Below are positions 10,535 to 24,030 of a DNA stretch of 64,000 nt, piece after piece (the first letter of the stretch is position 1; every line of letters begins with the position of its first letter). The DNA is taken from assembly GCA_964016885.1 (NCBI GenBank), contig OZ024743.1, positions 246,202,001-246,266,000 on the forward strand, read 5' to 3'. Position numbers and translations under genes: made by a program. The notes beneath the pieces are model-generated. The model did not search any database, was not told where the DNA came from, and worked only from the letters and a program-made list of their open reading frames with translations. The stretch comes from Eledone cirrhosa (lineage: Eukaryota).

Positions 10535-13500
10535 TATCGCAGAAAAAACCAAACACAACACAAAAACTTGCAGCATCCACTCCCACACCACCACAGACCA
10601 GAGACAACCACACACACACAACATCCCACTGAAAAACCCTCCTTTGCCTCCTACCTCTCTGTCAAATACTTCCACAAACACCTGCACAAACACTCCACCA
10701 CACAACATACCCCTCCCATTTACCCCTGATTCAGAAGTCTCAGACACGGAAACCTCTACATCTCCAAGTGAGGATGAAGAGGAACCCAAAAAATCCCAAA
10801 ATAAAAAATAGAGACAAAAAAAAAAAAAACACAAAAGCAAAAACATCTACAGAAAACACGCACACACCCAACGCCACCATAAACACACCGCCACAAACGA
10901 CAAACACACCAACAACACAATCACCACCAACACAACCAAACACTTCACCAACAAAACAAACACCCACACCACTACAATCACAAACCCCAACCACAAAAAG
11001 AAAACTACAAACAGAAACAGTACACATAAAAAACAAAACACATTACACATACATAAAAACAACAAACAAAGAACTGGTAGAAACTGACCGAAAGGACCCC
11101 ACTATCCAAACGGAAGGGAAAACCTTCCCCACCAACGACCCACCCCCAAACCTTAAACTAATCAGGGTAACAACCCTACAACATGAAACATTAAAAGGGA
11201 ACTTCCCACATGATGTGGGGCCCCCTTGCCAAACACCCCTTAACCGTGTCCTGCTAAAAAGATTCTCTCCCTCCACAAACACCCCCAATCTGGACATGGA
11301 GATCGAACAACCCGACCTCCAGGAAACTAAAAGGTAAGTGTTCCTGCCTTTTCTCTCCCTAACTCTTCTTCACCAACATGGCCAATATACAAGTTGGATG
11401 TTTGAACGTACGTGGGATGGGCATGCCCTGGAAACAGGGCCAGTTTTTAAATGATCTCAGGTCACATTGTATAGATGTGATAGCCATCACCGTGTCCAGG
11501 ATTCACGACAAGCAGCAGCTAACTCCTATGTTCGATGATTTTGAGATCTACGCATCTCTCTGTCAACCAGGAGGTGGAGGGGAGTTGCTGTTCTGTTTCG
11601 AAAGAAACCTGGATCTCAAAGTACAGACGATTCACTTGGACCCGGAGGGAAGCCTGGTGGACTTGGACGTGAATGGTAGTGAAGGTGGAGCTTTCAGACT
11701 GGTGGCCGTATATACCCCGACTAGGACATCGCGACTAGAGTTCTTCAAGCGTCTGGAGCCATTCCTGGGAACGTCTTGCTCCTTGGTGTTAGCGGGGGAC
11801 TGGAATGGCACCTTAGATTACGTAGGAGCTTGTGATAATAGAGGTGGAGTGTAATAGCCTCAAAAATCTCATCAGCCAATTCCAACTGGTCGATAGATAT
11901 CGGCTAGACTTCCCAAGTGCACCACTGTGGACGTGGAGCAACCGCACTGGGTCTTCTAGATCGTATTTAGATAGATTTCTTAGACAGAATGATAAGGAAA
12001 CATTAAGCTATCCACAAATGCACATGGTTGCCTATTCAGACCACAAATTAGTCACCTGCATAGTCAACCTTGATAGAACACATAGACAGGGACCCGGATG
12101 CTGGAAGCTAAACATATCGCTCCCGGCGCGTAAGGCCTACAGTAAACGGATTAGCACCTTAGTTAAGAGCCAGTTGACGGGAGCCATCGTCAACAACAGG
12201 TGGTTGAGCTCTCTCAAAAGAGCAATTAGAATAGAATCGATAGCATTTAGCAAGGAAGTAGCTTTAGAAAAAAAAAACTGAAAAAGAACTGGTAGCTAAA
12301 GTAGAAGAGGCACTTAGGAATGGCAGTACAGCCGACGTGCTAGCGACGAGAACGGCACTAGACCAGTTCTTCAACGTGAAACACGAAGCTTGTATTGTCA
12401 GAAGTAGAACACGTCTTCTAAGAAACGAGGGAGCCAAAGCTTTAGCTGGGTCCGAGTGGCAGAGGCGAAAAGTGGCAACAAATCCACAATTCGGTCTTTG
12501 CAAGACAAAGATGGACGCATTCTACTTGAATCTAAGCAGATTGATGTGCACGGCCTTCCAGCAGCATTTTGCAGAACTGTTCGGGCAAATCGGTACATTG
12601 AGCCAGGTGATGGACTTCAGTTCCTACCTCAACGGCGTACCACGACTCTCGATCACGGATGCAGGGAGCTGCGAAAGGCCGATCACAGCGGGCAAAATAG
12701 AAGATGCCCTAGGACGCTGTGGGAAACGCAAATCACCCGGTTTAGATGGTCTACCCTATGAGTTTTACATAGGCATGCCAGACTTGTTCTCTGGCGTCCT
12801 CGAAGCGGTCTACTGCAACTGGCAGCAGAACGGGAGGATTCCCAGTTCTGTAGGCAGAGGCGTAGTAACGCTGAACATGAAAGATGAGAACAAGGGGGAT
12901 GAGATAAGCAATTTCAGGCCCATAACTCTGCTCAACACAGAGTTAAAGATTTTGGCCAAGGTGTTAGCAACGAGGCTGGCGCTTGTCGTCGAGAACCTGG
13001 TAAGGGAAGCCCAAACGTGTGCAATCCCGACGAGGTCCATACACGACAATTTCCACCTCATGCGATACATCAGAAAGAGGGTAGGGTGTAAACCTGGCTT
13101 CGGTGGGGCTCTGATCAATTTAGATCAGTCTAAGGCATTTGATAGGGTCGACCATACTTGGAAGCGGTTCTCAAGGCGGCCGGCTTCGGTCCCGTCTTCA
13201 GAGGCTGGATCGCTGCCATGCACACCAGCATCTGCTCGGCAGTCAAGGTGAATGGCTACCTATCGGAGCCATTCCAAATCATGCGTTCCATCCGTCAGGG
13301 ATGCCCTCTCTCCTCCATTCCGTATGTATTGACTCTCGAGCCATTACTGCGGAAGTTGGAGCTGTTGCAGGGCATCCCCATCGAACCAAGACTGCGGAAA
13401 ACAGCGTCGGCCTATGCCGATGACGTAACCGTAATGGTGTCGAAAACTTCGGAAATCGGGTAATCGGCAACCTATTACAGGAATACGAAACGTTGACAAG

Positions 13501-15045
13501 GGCAAGACTAAACCCAAACAAGTCTGTCTGTTTGCAACTCGGCACATGGAGAGGCAAACCCATGCCTTCCGACAGTGTCGTTGGACGCTGGATGGAAGGA
13601 CCGGTGAATTGCTCGGGGTCTGGTTTGGTTCAGACCTCCAGGTGGGCAAGAACTGGAACGACGTCACGGTGAAGGTGTTTGCACTTACCCAGAAGTGGGC
13701 TGAGTGCAAACTCTCCTTGAAAGGTCGAGCAGAGGTGGCGAACACTTACATAGCGTCCGTCATCTACTACCACTTGACAGTCGTGCCTTGTCCCCGCGAA
13801 TACCTCACCAAAATTGAACGCCTACTCTTTAAGTTCCTCTGGAAGAAACAGGCTCCATTGGTGAGGAGATCCATCTGCTGTCAACACCCTTCTAACGGAG
13901 GGCTGGGCATACCGTGGCTGATGATGCGCAAACACGCGCTGAGGCTACGCCATCTTCAGGTATTCCTGACCGGCGACCGGTGTGGCTGTCGTTTGTGAGA
14001 CGAGCTCTTCCACAACTCGTCTCACTAACAGAGCTGCAGTCCTGGGTAAAGCGAAGACCGAAAATGGGCGCCTGGCACCTCGAGTGCCTCAGGCGCTCAC
14101 AGCCCTCTACCAAGCGGAAACGGCAATCAGTGGAGACTCCACTTCGACATTCTATAGGGGATTAGTGGAGGATAAGTGCGACGACGTTCTTGGGGAAACT
14201 CTAGGCATCGAGGAGGACGAACTGACCAGTCTGTTCGGGAGGACTTTCCGTTCAGGGCCTATGGATAACTTCCAGAGGTCTCTGGCCTGCCAGTGCTACC
14301 GAGGAGCTCTACTAGTTCGAGATAAAATCTACAGACGCGGACGCCCTGGCAGAGATCCTGCCAAAAGGACCTGTCCAAGATGCGAGCAGGACATCGAAAC
14401 CGTTCTGCACGCAATAGTTCAGTGCCCAGGGGTGACCGACTTTGGGAATTATGTCGAACAGCTACTGTCACGTGTAGGACGCATCCAGTTGTCAGTCGAA
14501 TCCATCGTGAGGATCACCAGCCGCCTTCATTTAAGAATGAAGGAGAGGCGGTTTTCCTCTGTCTGGTGGCTATGGCGAAAGAGGTAATATGGTGTACGAG
14601 GTTAAAAGGACTGAGGGCAAACACCTTTCTCTCCGGACAACAACTCATCCCCTTCTTTAAGTACCACTTCAGAAGAAAGGTGAGAGTGGAGAGAGAGGTG
14701 CTACACTCCAGTAAATTCGCTGAAAGGTGGGTGAATGTGGCGAAAATGGCTCAAGTGAATATATATAAACCTGTAGGTTGAGGATGATAAACAGAGGGAA
14801 TATGGGAACACCTACAAAACGTGTTCCTGGTGTTGAGGGTTGTTCTATCCACGGGGTGTAAAACAACCAAGCAATAGGGTTACCCCCCCCCCTAATGGGG
14901 ATTTCAATTGTTTTATTTTTATATAGTTTATTGTTATTTATCATTGTTAAAGATTTTATGTAAAAGCCCCGCCGTCACGTCTTGTAATGTCCCATTTCTG
15001 TGCGCCCCTGTGGCAAATAAAGAAAGATATTTATCTATCTATCTC
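10535..15045 (+). mobile_element. L1/Tx1-clade LINE with low-complexity ORF1 remnant (to 11337) and frameshifted ORF2 from ATG 11378
   Basis: MANIQVGCLNVRG (APE N-terminus), GDWN, SDHK, FRPITLLN, IRQGCPLS, YADD, CPRC..ETVLHAIVQC. Ends AATAAAGAAAGATATTTATCTATCTATC. A diverged relative of 1650-5225. Confidence 0.92.
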
Positions 15046-15097
15046 TAGCTGTCTATCTCTGTATGTGTATAATATATATATATATATAATGTATATA

Positions 15098-15128
<31 letters not shown>

Positions 15129-15210
15129 CGCGCGCGAAAAGTAATCGGAATCAGCAATACAGTACAATGAAGAAATATATTAGTGTAATGCTTGATATAT
15201 AGAAAAATAC

Positions 15211-15246
15211 TCTTAACGTTTCGGACATTAGGCCTTCATTAGAAGA
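15211..15246 (-). ncRNA. Degenerate minimal hammerhead (PLE-type)
   Basis: Minus strand TCTT-CTAATGA-AGGCCTAATGTCC-GAAA-CG-TT-AAGA. Core carries a G>A change; stem III AACGTT is palindromic. Confidence 0.55.
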
Positions 15247-15706
15247 TAGAACGAGAAATAAGAGAAGAAATAGAAAGATAGAGTGGAAGAAACGAAAAAA
15301 AAGTTGTCGTTGTTTTTTTTTTGGGGGGGGGGGGCACGTGTTCCACAGACCAAAATTCAAAGAAGATTCGATAAAAGTTATATGTATGCAATAATATATA
15401 TAACCATAGAACAAATATATTTTTTTAACAGATTAAAAGTTTAAAGTTTTTGCTTTCATCAGATTCACACACACACACACACACATACATACGTCCACAC
15501 AACGCACACACTTACAAGCACATACACACGCGCATACACACATGCATGCGCATAGATACTCACACACATACACAGTCTCACATATGCACACACACATACA
15601 CAATGCACACATACACATACATGCACATCACATACAAATACATACAAACATATAATACACTCCATATATGGGCAATATACTTGTCATAATGGTCCGACTG
15701 GAAGAT

Positions 15707-15740
<34 letters not shown>

Positions 15741-15894
15741 GATGTAAGTGCATGTGTGAAGTTGTATGTGTGTGTGAAGTTGTATGTGTGTGTACAAGCA
15801 AGGGCGTACATGTGTGTATGCGTGTGTGCAAGCACGCACGTCTGAAACTAAGAACCCTGATGAACGCAAGGTCAACGTTGCAGAGGGGTACTGT

Positions 15895-16745
15895 TACACG
15901 GTGAACTGGCATTATCGGTGGAGCATCGAACAAAATACTTTATAATATTTAGTTACGACTCTCTACGTTCTGAGTTCAAATTCCGCCGAGTTAGCTTTAC
16001 TTACGGGATCGATAAAATAAAGTACCAATAACGCACTGAGGTTGATTTAATCGACTTTCCCATTCCCCCAAAATTGTGAGCCTTGATCAACACAAGGTCA
16101 ACGTTCGGTGGATTGGCAGTATCGGTAGAGGGTCGAACGCCATGCTTTGACGCAAAGAGTTACGGCCCTTGCCATTCTGAGTTCAAATCCCGCCGAGGTT
16201 AACTTTGCCTTTCATCCTTACGGGGTCGATAAAATAAAGTACCAGCAATGCACTGGGTAATTGCTGGCCTTGTGCCTAAAGTAGAAACATTTATTATAGA
16301 GGTGTTTGAGGGCGGTGGATTGTCAGAATCTGTAGAGCCCCGGACATGCTTTGCGGCATAGAGTTACGGCCCTTTACGTTCCGAGTTCAAATCCCGCCGA
16401 GGTCAGCTTTACCTTCATCATTACGGGGTCGATAAAATAAAGTACCAGTAATGCATTGGGGTCGATTTAATCGACCACCAATCCCCTTCAAATTGCTGGC
16501 CTTGTGCCTAAATCAGAAACCATTATTATAAAGGTGTTTAAGTTGGCCGTATCTGCAGAGCTTCGAACAAAATGCTTTCTGGTATTTAGTTACGACTTTC
16601 TACGTTCTGTGTTCAAATCTCGCCGAGGTCAACTTTGCTTTTCATCTCTCCGGTATCGATAAAATAAACTAAAAGTCAAATATATAATGATCTTACTTCT
16701 TCCTCTAAAATGTTGGTATTGTACCAACATTAGAAAACATTATCA
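15895..16745 (+). mobile_element. Head-to-tail array of four family B SINEs
   Basis: Four copies of GGCGGTGGATTGGCAG...GAGTTCAAATCCCGCCGAGGT...GGGGTCGATAAAATAAAGTACCAG...GAAAC(ATT). B box GAGTTCAAATCC. Confidence 0.85.
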
Positions 16746-16878
16746 TAGAGGTGCTCTGTGATCTCAAATTATGCGGGAATCCCGAGACTTCGAACCCCGC
16801 TTCGAAGTTGATATATAAAGCACCAGTTCAAAACTAAGTTCGAATCTTCCTCTATATCCCCCTTCTCTCTCTCTCTCC

Positions 16879-17008
<130 letters not shown>

Positions 17009-17189
17009 CCATCAGAAGTTATGAGCCCTTCAATGACATGGAAGGATCAACCATGTCACTCGTTTTTGCTTAAAACAATTTCCGAAGAATTCAGTACAGA
17101 AGTGAACTAAGTCTTTAGCAGTTTTAGTCTATGACGTCGTCGTAGTAGTCACCGTCGCAGCCGCTGCCGTCGTCGTTATTGTTGTGCCG

Positions 17190-17500
17190 CCGTTGCTTCC
17201 GACGACGATTTCTCCAGTTGTTTGATCCACAGAATAGCCAGTCCGTAAAATTAAGGCGCATGTGACTGAACATTACACAAATAAATGTAACCCTAAGGTA
17301 GTTCTCTGGGAGATTCAACGTGGCACACTGCGAGACACGCTTGGCTCTTTGAATTACAAGTACAACTCATTTTCTCCAGTTGAATGGATTGGGACAACGC
17401 CAAATAAAGTATCTTGCTTAATGACACAACGCGCATCCCAGTCCGAGAAATCGAACTCACCACCGTGAGCCGAACACCCTAACCACTAAGCCACACGCTT
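17190..17500 (-). mobile_element. SINE family A
   Basis: Reverse complement of the family A body. Minus-strand head GCGTGTGGCTTAGTGGTTAGGGTGTTCGG...GAGTTCGATT. Confidence 0.75.
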
Positions 17501-17554
17501 TCACATTGGCTTTCTAAACAATTTTCTTTCCCCAACCACAGAACCATTGTAGAC

Positions 17555-17860
17555 GCAGCATGGCTGAATGATTAAGAAGTTCGCTTCGCAATCATTAGCT
17601 CCCGGGTTTGATCTCACTGTATGACATCTTGGGCTAGTGTCATTGGATATACGGGAATTGTTTGGAAGCCCGTTGGATGGATTATATCTGTAATTCAAAG
17701 GGCCAACCTTGTAACATATTGTGTCATGTTGAATCTCTCTGAGAATTACGTTTAGGTTACAAGCATCTGTGAAATGCTCAGCCATTTACACGTTAATTTT
17801 ACGAGTAGGCTGTTCTGATGGAACAACTAGAATACTAGTCGCCGAAACTGGCGGAAGTCC
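17555..17860 (+). mobile_element. SINE family A (head-to-head with previous copy)
   Basis: GCATGGCTGAATGATTAAGAAGTTCG...GGTTTGATCTC head plus family A body. Confidence 0.7.
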
Positions 17861-18589
17861 ATGACACAGAAACATTGAATATAATGATAAAAAGGTTTTC
17901 ATATTTAACACATTCAACAATTTGATTTCTGTCCTATATACCTTACAACTTTCTCACAACTTTCTCACATCTCCACTGACATTGGATCACAGTGTCAATC
18001 GCATAACCTACAAGGACGACGACACCATTACGGCTGGTACTACCATTAAGGCCAACTAGGGAACCACCAAAGGTGCAGACTTCAGAAGTTCCTAAAATTT
18101 GTATAATTAACATAAATATATAATTTCCTGCGATCACTACATAAATCGTTAAACATCTTTGCCGCGGAACAGCAGTGATGTGGAGATATCTAAATCGGTG
18201 GAGAAGGTTGTATGATGGTACGACCGGTCACATTATTTGGTGTGAATGTATACTGTGTTGTAGAAAGTGCAAGCTTAGTAATTTTCTTTGTGTAGTCAAA
18301 GCAACAAGTGACAAAAACGAAATTTCTCAGTTTGCCAAAGTTTAAGTTAAAATTATTTTGTTTGAGAGAATGAGGCACACATTTTAGGGTTATTCCTTTC
18401 CTTCCTTTGTCCCGTAACTCCTGGTGGAGTCGGAAGGATGCCGTATTGACATGCGGCGTTCTTGGGTAGTTTAAGCCTGGTGGAACCCAACCTTCTCCAG
18501 GCCTGTGTACAGCAGATTTCTTCCAGAGAAAGATAGAAAGTGAGAGAGAGAGAGAGAGGAAATGAGTAAAAGATATAGAGGAAGAATCG

Positions 18590-18745
18590 ATTCCAGTACT
18601 AGATTGGTACTTTTTTTATCGACCTCGAAAGAATGAAAGGCAAAGTTAACCTCAGCGGGATTTGAATTCCGAGAGCAGAGACCCGGAACGAAAACCATAA
18701 AGCGGTCTGTCCGATGTTCTAATGATTCTACCAATTCGCCGCCTA
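18590..18745 (-). mobile_element. SINE family B
   Basis: ggtacttttttatcgacctcgaaagaatgaaaggcaaagttaacctcagcgggatttgaattc is the reverse complement of the family B core. Confidence 0.75.
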
Positions 18746-19904
18746 TTTTGGGGTTATCATAGGGTGCTAAATGCCCAGACGCTGACTCTGACGACATTGG
18801 TTAACCTCTTGTTACAGTGAGGCATGTCCAAAAGTGATAGATTCTCTGTAAATAATATATCATCAAAAAATTATCAGTTATTTCTGGTCCTAAAATCCTA
18901 CAGTATATACCAATATTTATTTTCCGCATCCCACCCTATTTTACCATTTCGTTCTCCAATTCCCTCACTCACCAACAAAGTAACTATTTTTTAAAGGTAC
19001 ATATGTCAATGGATATTTAGTTAATTACACATTAATTGAACAAGCAGTGTATTTCATTGATCGAACAACTGGAACACTCATCATCGAAACTGACGGAGGT
19101 TTATTCCATTCCATACCATTTTTTGTCTTTGCTTCGATCAAGATGTATGTCTTCATGAACTTCACATATTTCGATGACTTTAGATTCAATGCTGTTGAAA
19201 CACCACTGTGATGTTTCATTTGCAACGAGTAAGCTGTTCCGTTAACCGAACAACTGAAACACTCACCCTTTAAACCGACGGAGGTTCGTTTATCCTTTTC
19301 TTAGTTGTCCTGTGCCTGAGTCAATAATCAATATTATATTTCCCTGTTGTTATATGTATTTGTTTAAACAAGGGCTCACTTTATATATATTTGAACTTCC
19401 TGCAAAATAATTTTCCTTCCTTGTTTCACTCACTTATCACCAGCCATGCAACATCTGGGACAATCTTCATTTTTAAATCGCTTCCCCCTATTGATCTCAA
19501 GACACCAGCTGTTGACACATTCTCAGTTATGAGCAAACTAGGGAGTCTCTACATAGTGGCTCGATATGCTAGAAATAGGAGCCAAATCCTCAGCAAATCC
19601 TATTTATTTAATTTTGGAGAATGGGACGCACATTGTAAAGTTAGCCTTGTGCACTAAATACCCAGTCGCTGACCCTGGATATTTGAAATTCAGAACAGTT
19701 TTTCTCTTGCCTGTCTGCTTCAAACGATCCTAAAAAGTAAAACAAAATATATCAACTAGAAAATTTCAAACAAGCAGACGTCATGCCTACAAAATGTCTG
19801 TACACACATATCTTCGTTGTATTTCTCTCAACAAACCTTACCTGACCACATATGAGGTATATTTGGATTGCTTTTGGACATTTAGTGTTAGAATTATTGT
19901 TGTT

Positions 19905-20228
19905 CTTGTTCTTGTCTTCTTCTCTCTCCGCTTTTTCCCACTCTCTCCTACTTCTCTTCTTCTCCCTCTTCTTTTTCCTTTTTTCTCCTTCTTCGTTTTC
20001 TTCTTCTTCTTCTTCTTCTTCTTCTTCTTCTTCTTCTTCTTCTTCTTTTTCCTTTTTCTTCTTCCTCTTTCTTCTTCTTCCTCCTCTTTCTTCTTCTTCC
20101 TCCTCTTTCTTCTTCTTCTTCTTCTTCTTCTTCTTCTTCTTCTTCTTCTTCTTCTTTTTCCTTTTTCTTCTTCCTCTTTCTTCTTCTTCCTCCTCTTTCT
20201 TCTTCTTCTTCTTCTTCTTCTTCTTCTT

Positions 20229-20259
<31 letters not shown>

Positions 20260-20482
20260 TTTTTCCTCTTTCTTCTTCCTCTTTCTTCTTTTGCCTCTTT
20301 CTTCTTCTTTTTGATCGTTCTTCTTCTTCCTCTTCTTTCTTCTTCCTCCTCTTTCTTCTTCTTCTTCTTCTTCTTCTTCTTCTTCTTCTTCTTCTTCTTC
20401 TTCTTCTTCTTCTTCTTCCTATTTCTTCTTCTTCTTCTTCTTCTTCTTCTTCTTCTTCTTCTTCTTCTTCTTCTTCTTCTCT
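19905..20482. repeat. Interrupted (TTC)n/(GAA)n microsatellite tract
   Basis: Seen directly; source of the poly-K/E/R/F spurious ORFs. Confidence 0.97.
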
Positions 20483-20691
20483 GTTGCCATGGTTTCCATA
20501 ATCTCGCAACGTGCATAAATCCAGGAATTTCGTCCTTCACCACGAAGACAGCACCACCAACACAGGCACGCTGAGAGAAACAAACCTCCACCAATAAAAA
20601 CAATCAGCAACAACAACCGTGGTTTAATCAGGGGGAGGGGGATCAGGGGAAGCGAAGAATATCAAAGGAATTTCGGCTTTACTTTTAAGAA

Positions 20692-21890
20692 GATAGATAT
20701 GTTTCTTTATTAGCCACGGGGGCACAAAAGAAGGGGACAAATACAAGGGGGGAATTTTACATACAATAAAAACGTGTAAAATATTATCACAAATGCAATT
20801 GAAAAGTTAATCTATTTTCCCCAATAGGGGGAGACATTTCATATGGGTAACACATACCCCCGAAAAAAATGTGCAACCCTCATCTCCAGGAGTACGAAGA
20901 GTTTGTACCCCTTTCCTCTCTTCCTCCTTTTCCTCAACCTACAGGCTGATATAGAGAGAAGGCCCATTCACTCGGGTCATTCTCGCCACTTTCACCCACC
21001 TTTCATAAAACTTGCTGGGGTACAGCACCTCTCTCTACATCCTGATTCTTCTTCCAAAGTGGTATTTGAAAAAGAGAATCAGTTGTTGGACGGAGAGAAA
21101 GGTGTCTGACCTCAGCCCTTTTAACCTCGTCCACCATACAACCTCTTTCGCCATAGCTATCACACAAAGGAAAACCGCCTCTCCTTCGTTTTTGAAGGGG
21201 GGTGGCGGTTTGATCATGACAATGGACTCGGTGGTCAACCGGATTGGTCCCACCCGCGACAATAGTCGTTCTACATAGCCCCACAGGTCGGTAACGCCCG
21301 GGTAGTGTATGAATGCGTGCGCGATGGTTTCTTCGTCTCGCACGCATCTCGGACAGATCTTTTTCGAAGGGTCCCTGCCCGGGCGCCCATGTCTGTAGAG
21401 CTTGTCTCGAACTGGTAGAGCTCCTCGTAGCACTACCAGGCCAGGGACTTTTGTAAGTTGTCCATCGGTCCCGGACGGAAGGTCTTACTGAACAGACTGG
21501 CCAGTTCGTCTTCCTCTACGCCTAGAGCTTCTCCGAGCGTGTCGTCGCACTTGCTGCGGATTAACCCTCTATAGAATGACGAAGTGGAGTCTCCACTGAT
21601 CGCTGGGTCCCCCTGCCAGAGGGCTGTGATCGCCTGAGCACATTCGATGTGCCAGTCGCTCATTTTCCTTGGTCTTTGCTTGACCCAGGACTGCAGCTCG
21701 GTCAGCGAGACGAGTCGTGGGAAGGCTCGCCTCACGAGCGGGGCCCACACCGGTTGTCCGGTGAGGAATACGTAGAGATGCTGCAGCCTGAGCGCGTGTT
21801 TGCGCATCGTCAGCTACGGCATCTCCAGCCCTCCGTTGGAAGGGTGTTGGCAGCAGATGGGTCTTCTCACCAAAGGAGCCCGCGTCTTCC
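20692..21890 (-). mobile_element. 3' fragment of L1/Tx1 LINE, closely related to 1650-5225
   Basis: ORF 21433-21807 is nearly identical to the N-terminal part of ORF 4139-4657. CPRC..AHAF motif. 3' end AATAAAGAAACATATCTATCT. Confidence 0.93.
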
Positions 21891-21904
21891 AATAGATAGA
21901 TAGA

Positions 21905-22203
21905 TAGATTTCTTTATTTGCCACAAGGGCGCACAAGAAAAGGGGACATACAAAGACACATGCCGGGGATTTTACATACAGTCGTGTAAAAAATATAAAC
22001 AAACAATTATAACAATCGAAATCCCCAATAGGGGATAAGCGTCACAAATGGGTTGTTTAATACTCCTCGATAGAACAACCCTCAACTTCAGAAGCATGTT
22101 GTGCAAGTGCCCCTTTCTTCCTTTTGCTCCCTTCTTTAACCTACAGGCTTATAAACAGAGAAGGTCCAATCACTCGGGCCATTTTTGTCACATTCACCCA
22201 CCT
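21905..22203 (-). mobile_element. Short 3' fragment of L1/Tx1 LINE, tandem with the previous fragment and bracketed by (TATC)n
   Basis: GGTGGGTGAATGTG...CCTGTAGG (ORF2 end) plus 3' UTR to AATAAAGAAATCTATCTATC. (GATA)n on the + strand at 21892-21909 and 22205-22249. Confidence 0.88.
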
Positions 22204-22204
22204 A

Positions 22205-22250
<46 letters not shown>

Positions 22251-22523
22251 TAATAGGTAGGTAGGTATGTAGGTAGTGAATGGTGGAAAATAGTTAATGG
22301 GAGGAACCTGACGAGAGAGAGAGAGAGGGGAAGAGAGAGGAAAGTGAGGGTAAAGGAATCTAAAAGAGAACCAAAAAGGCTAAATAAAGAGAAAGAGACA
22401 CGGTAAGAGAGAAAGAGTGTAAGAGAAAAGACAGAGAGAGAAAGAGAGAGGGGAGGGGTAGAGAGAGACATACACACAGGCAAAAGAAAATAGAGAAATG
22501 TGAATGTGTGGTGTGTTCGAATA

Positions 22524-22679
<156 letters not shown>

Positions 22680-22894
22680 GTGTTAGTATTTGTGATTGTG
22701 TATACATGAGTAGGTGAGTGTTTGTTTTTGTTCTTTTTAGTTTTAGGCGAGTGTGTTTGTGTGTTTTTGTATGGCAACCAGATAGACAAGCAGGCAAATA
22801 GGCAGAGAATGTGTTTGCGAATGTACATTTGTGAATTTATGCACGCACGCACACGCACATACACGCACACACACACACATACACACACACACAC

Positions 22895-22943
<49 letters not shown>

Positions 22944-23529
22944 GTATCAGCAGAAAAATACACACAGAAATACAGTTACATAAGAAGAAGAGCAAACTGC
23001 ATCTCTGCCTTGTCAGCCACATTGCTGGCGTTCAATTTCACGCATTCAGGGGATATTGCACTTGTAATTCTAGTTTGCACAACAGATTGGAGGACAGCTC
23101 TGTTGGTGCGATGCACATGAGACGATAACACAAGAAAGAATGGCCAGGTAAATTTACTGGTGTCTTTCAACAAAAAACAGAGATAAATACATAAAAATAT
23201 TATGATTAGAAATAAATAGACAACAGGCTTAGCATGTAAAATGTGTGACGTTGACGCTGAAAAGATGGGGTGGGCGAATTAGACTTTCGCCAAAGGAATA
23301 TGGCTAGGTGTCGGAGCTTAACAAAAATATTTTGCTACCTACCGATTTAAAGAGGTGAAAGATAGAGGAATGAAAGAGAGCGAGAGTGGAAGTAACAGGG
23401 AGAGACTGTAAAGGAAGAAAGAGAGACGAGAGAACAAAGAAGAAATAGAAAGAAGAAAGTGTTACGGTCACCCAATAAAAAACAGCATTATAATATAATG
23501 CTGTTTTTTATAATTACTATAATTTATAT

Positions 23530-23890
23530 TGGTGGATTGGCAGTATCGGTAGAGGGTTGGACGCCATGCCTTGACGCATAGTTACGGCCCTTGCCATTCT
23601 GAGTTCAAATCCCGCCGAGGTTAACTTTGCCTTTCATCCTTACGGGGTCGATAAAATAAAGTACCAGTAATGCACTGGGTAATTGTTGGCCTTGTGCCAA
23701 AAGTAGAAACAATTAAGGGCGGTGGATTGGCGGTATCGGTAGAGGGTCGGACGCCATGCTTTGCTGCAAAGAGTTACGGTCCTTTATGATCTGAGTTCAA
23801 ATCCCGCCGAGGTTAACTTTGCCTTTCGGGGTCGATAAAATAAAGTAATACACTGGGATAATTGCTGGCCTTGTGTCAAAAGTAGAATGA
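23530..23890 (+). mobile_element. Two tandem family B SINEs
   Basis: Junction GTAGAAACAATTAAGGGCGGTGGATTGG at ~23703-23730. Confidence 0.85.
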
Positions 23891-24030
23891 ATTATATTCA
23901 TATGTATATATTATCAACAGAAAATGTACACAAAACGCAGTTACAAAAGACAGACAACTGCATTTATACCTCGTCAACCACCTAGTTGATATATATATCT
24001 CTTTATATATATATATATATGTGTGTGTGT

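Noticed and set aside
10540-11100. G/T-poor stretch as a genomic record of RNA hyper-editing
   Set aside because: A-to-I editing of the sense RNA would add G, not remove it. A low-complexity ORF1 region is the simpler explanation.
1669-14781. Intact autonomous LINE ORF2
   Set aside because: All Tx1 and CR1 copies have multiple stops or frameshifts and 5' truncation.
19752-20616. Poly-K/E/R/F ORFs, and likewise the HT/CV/SL/YI repeat ORFs elsewhere
   Set aside because: Microsatellite translations.
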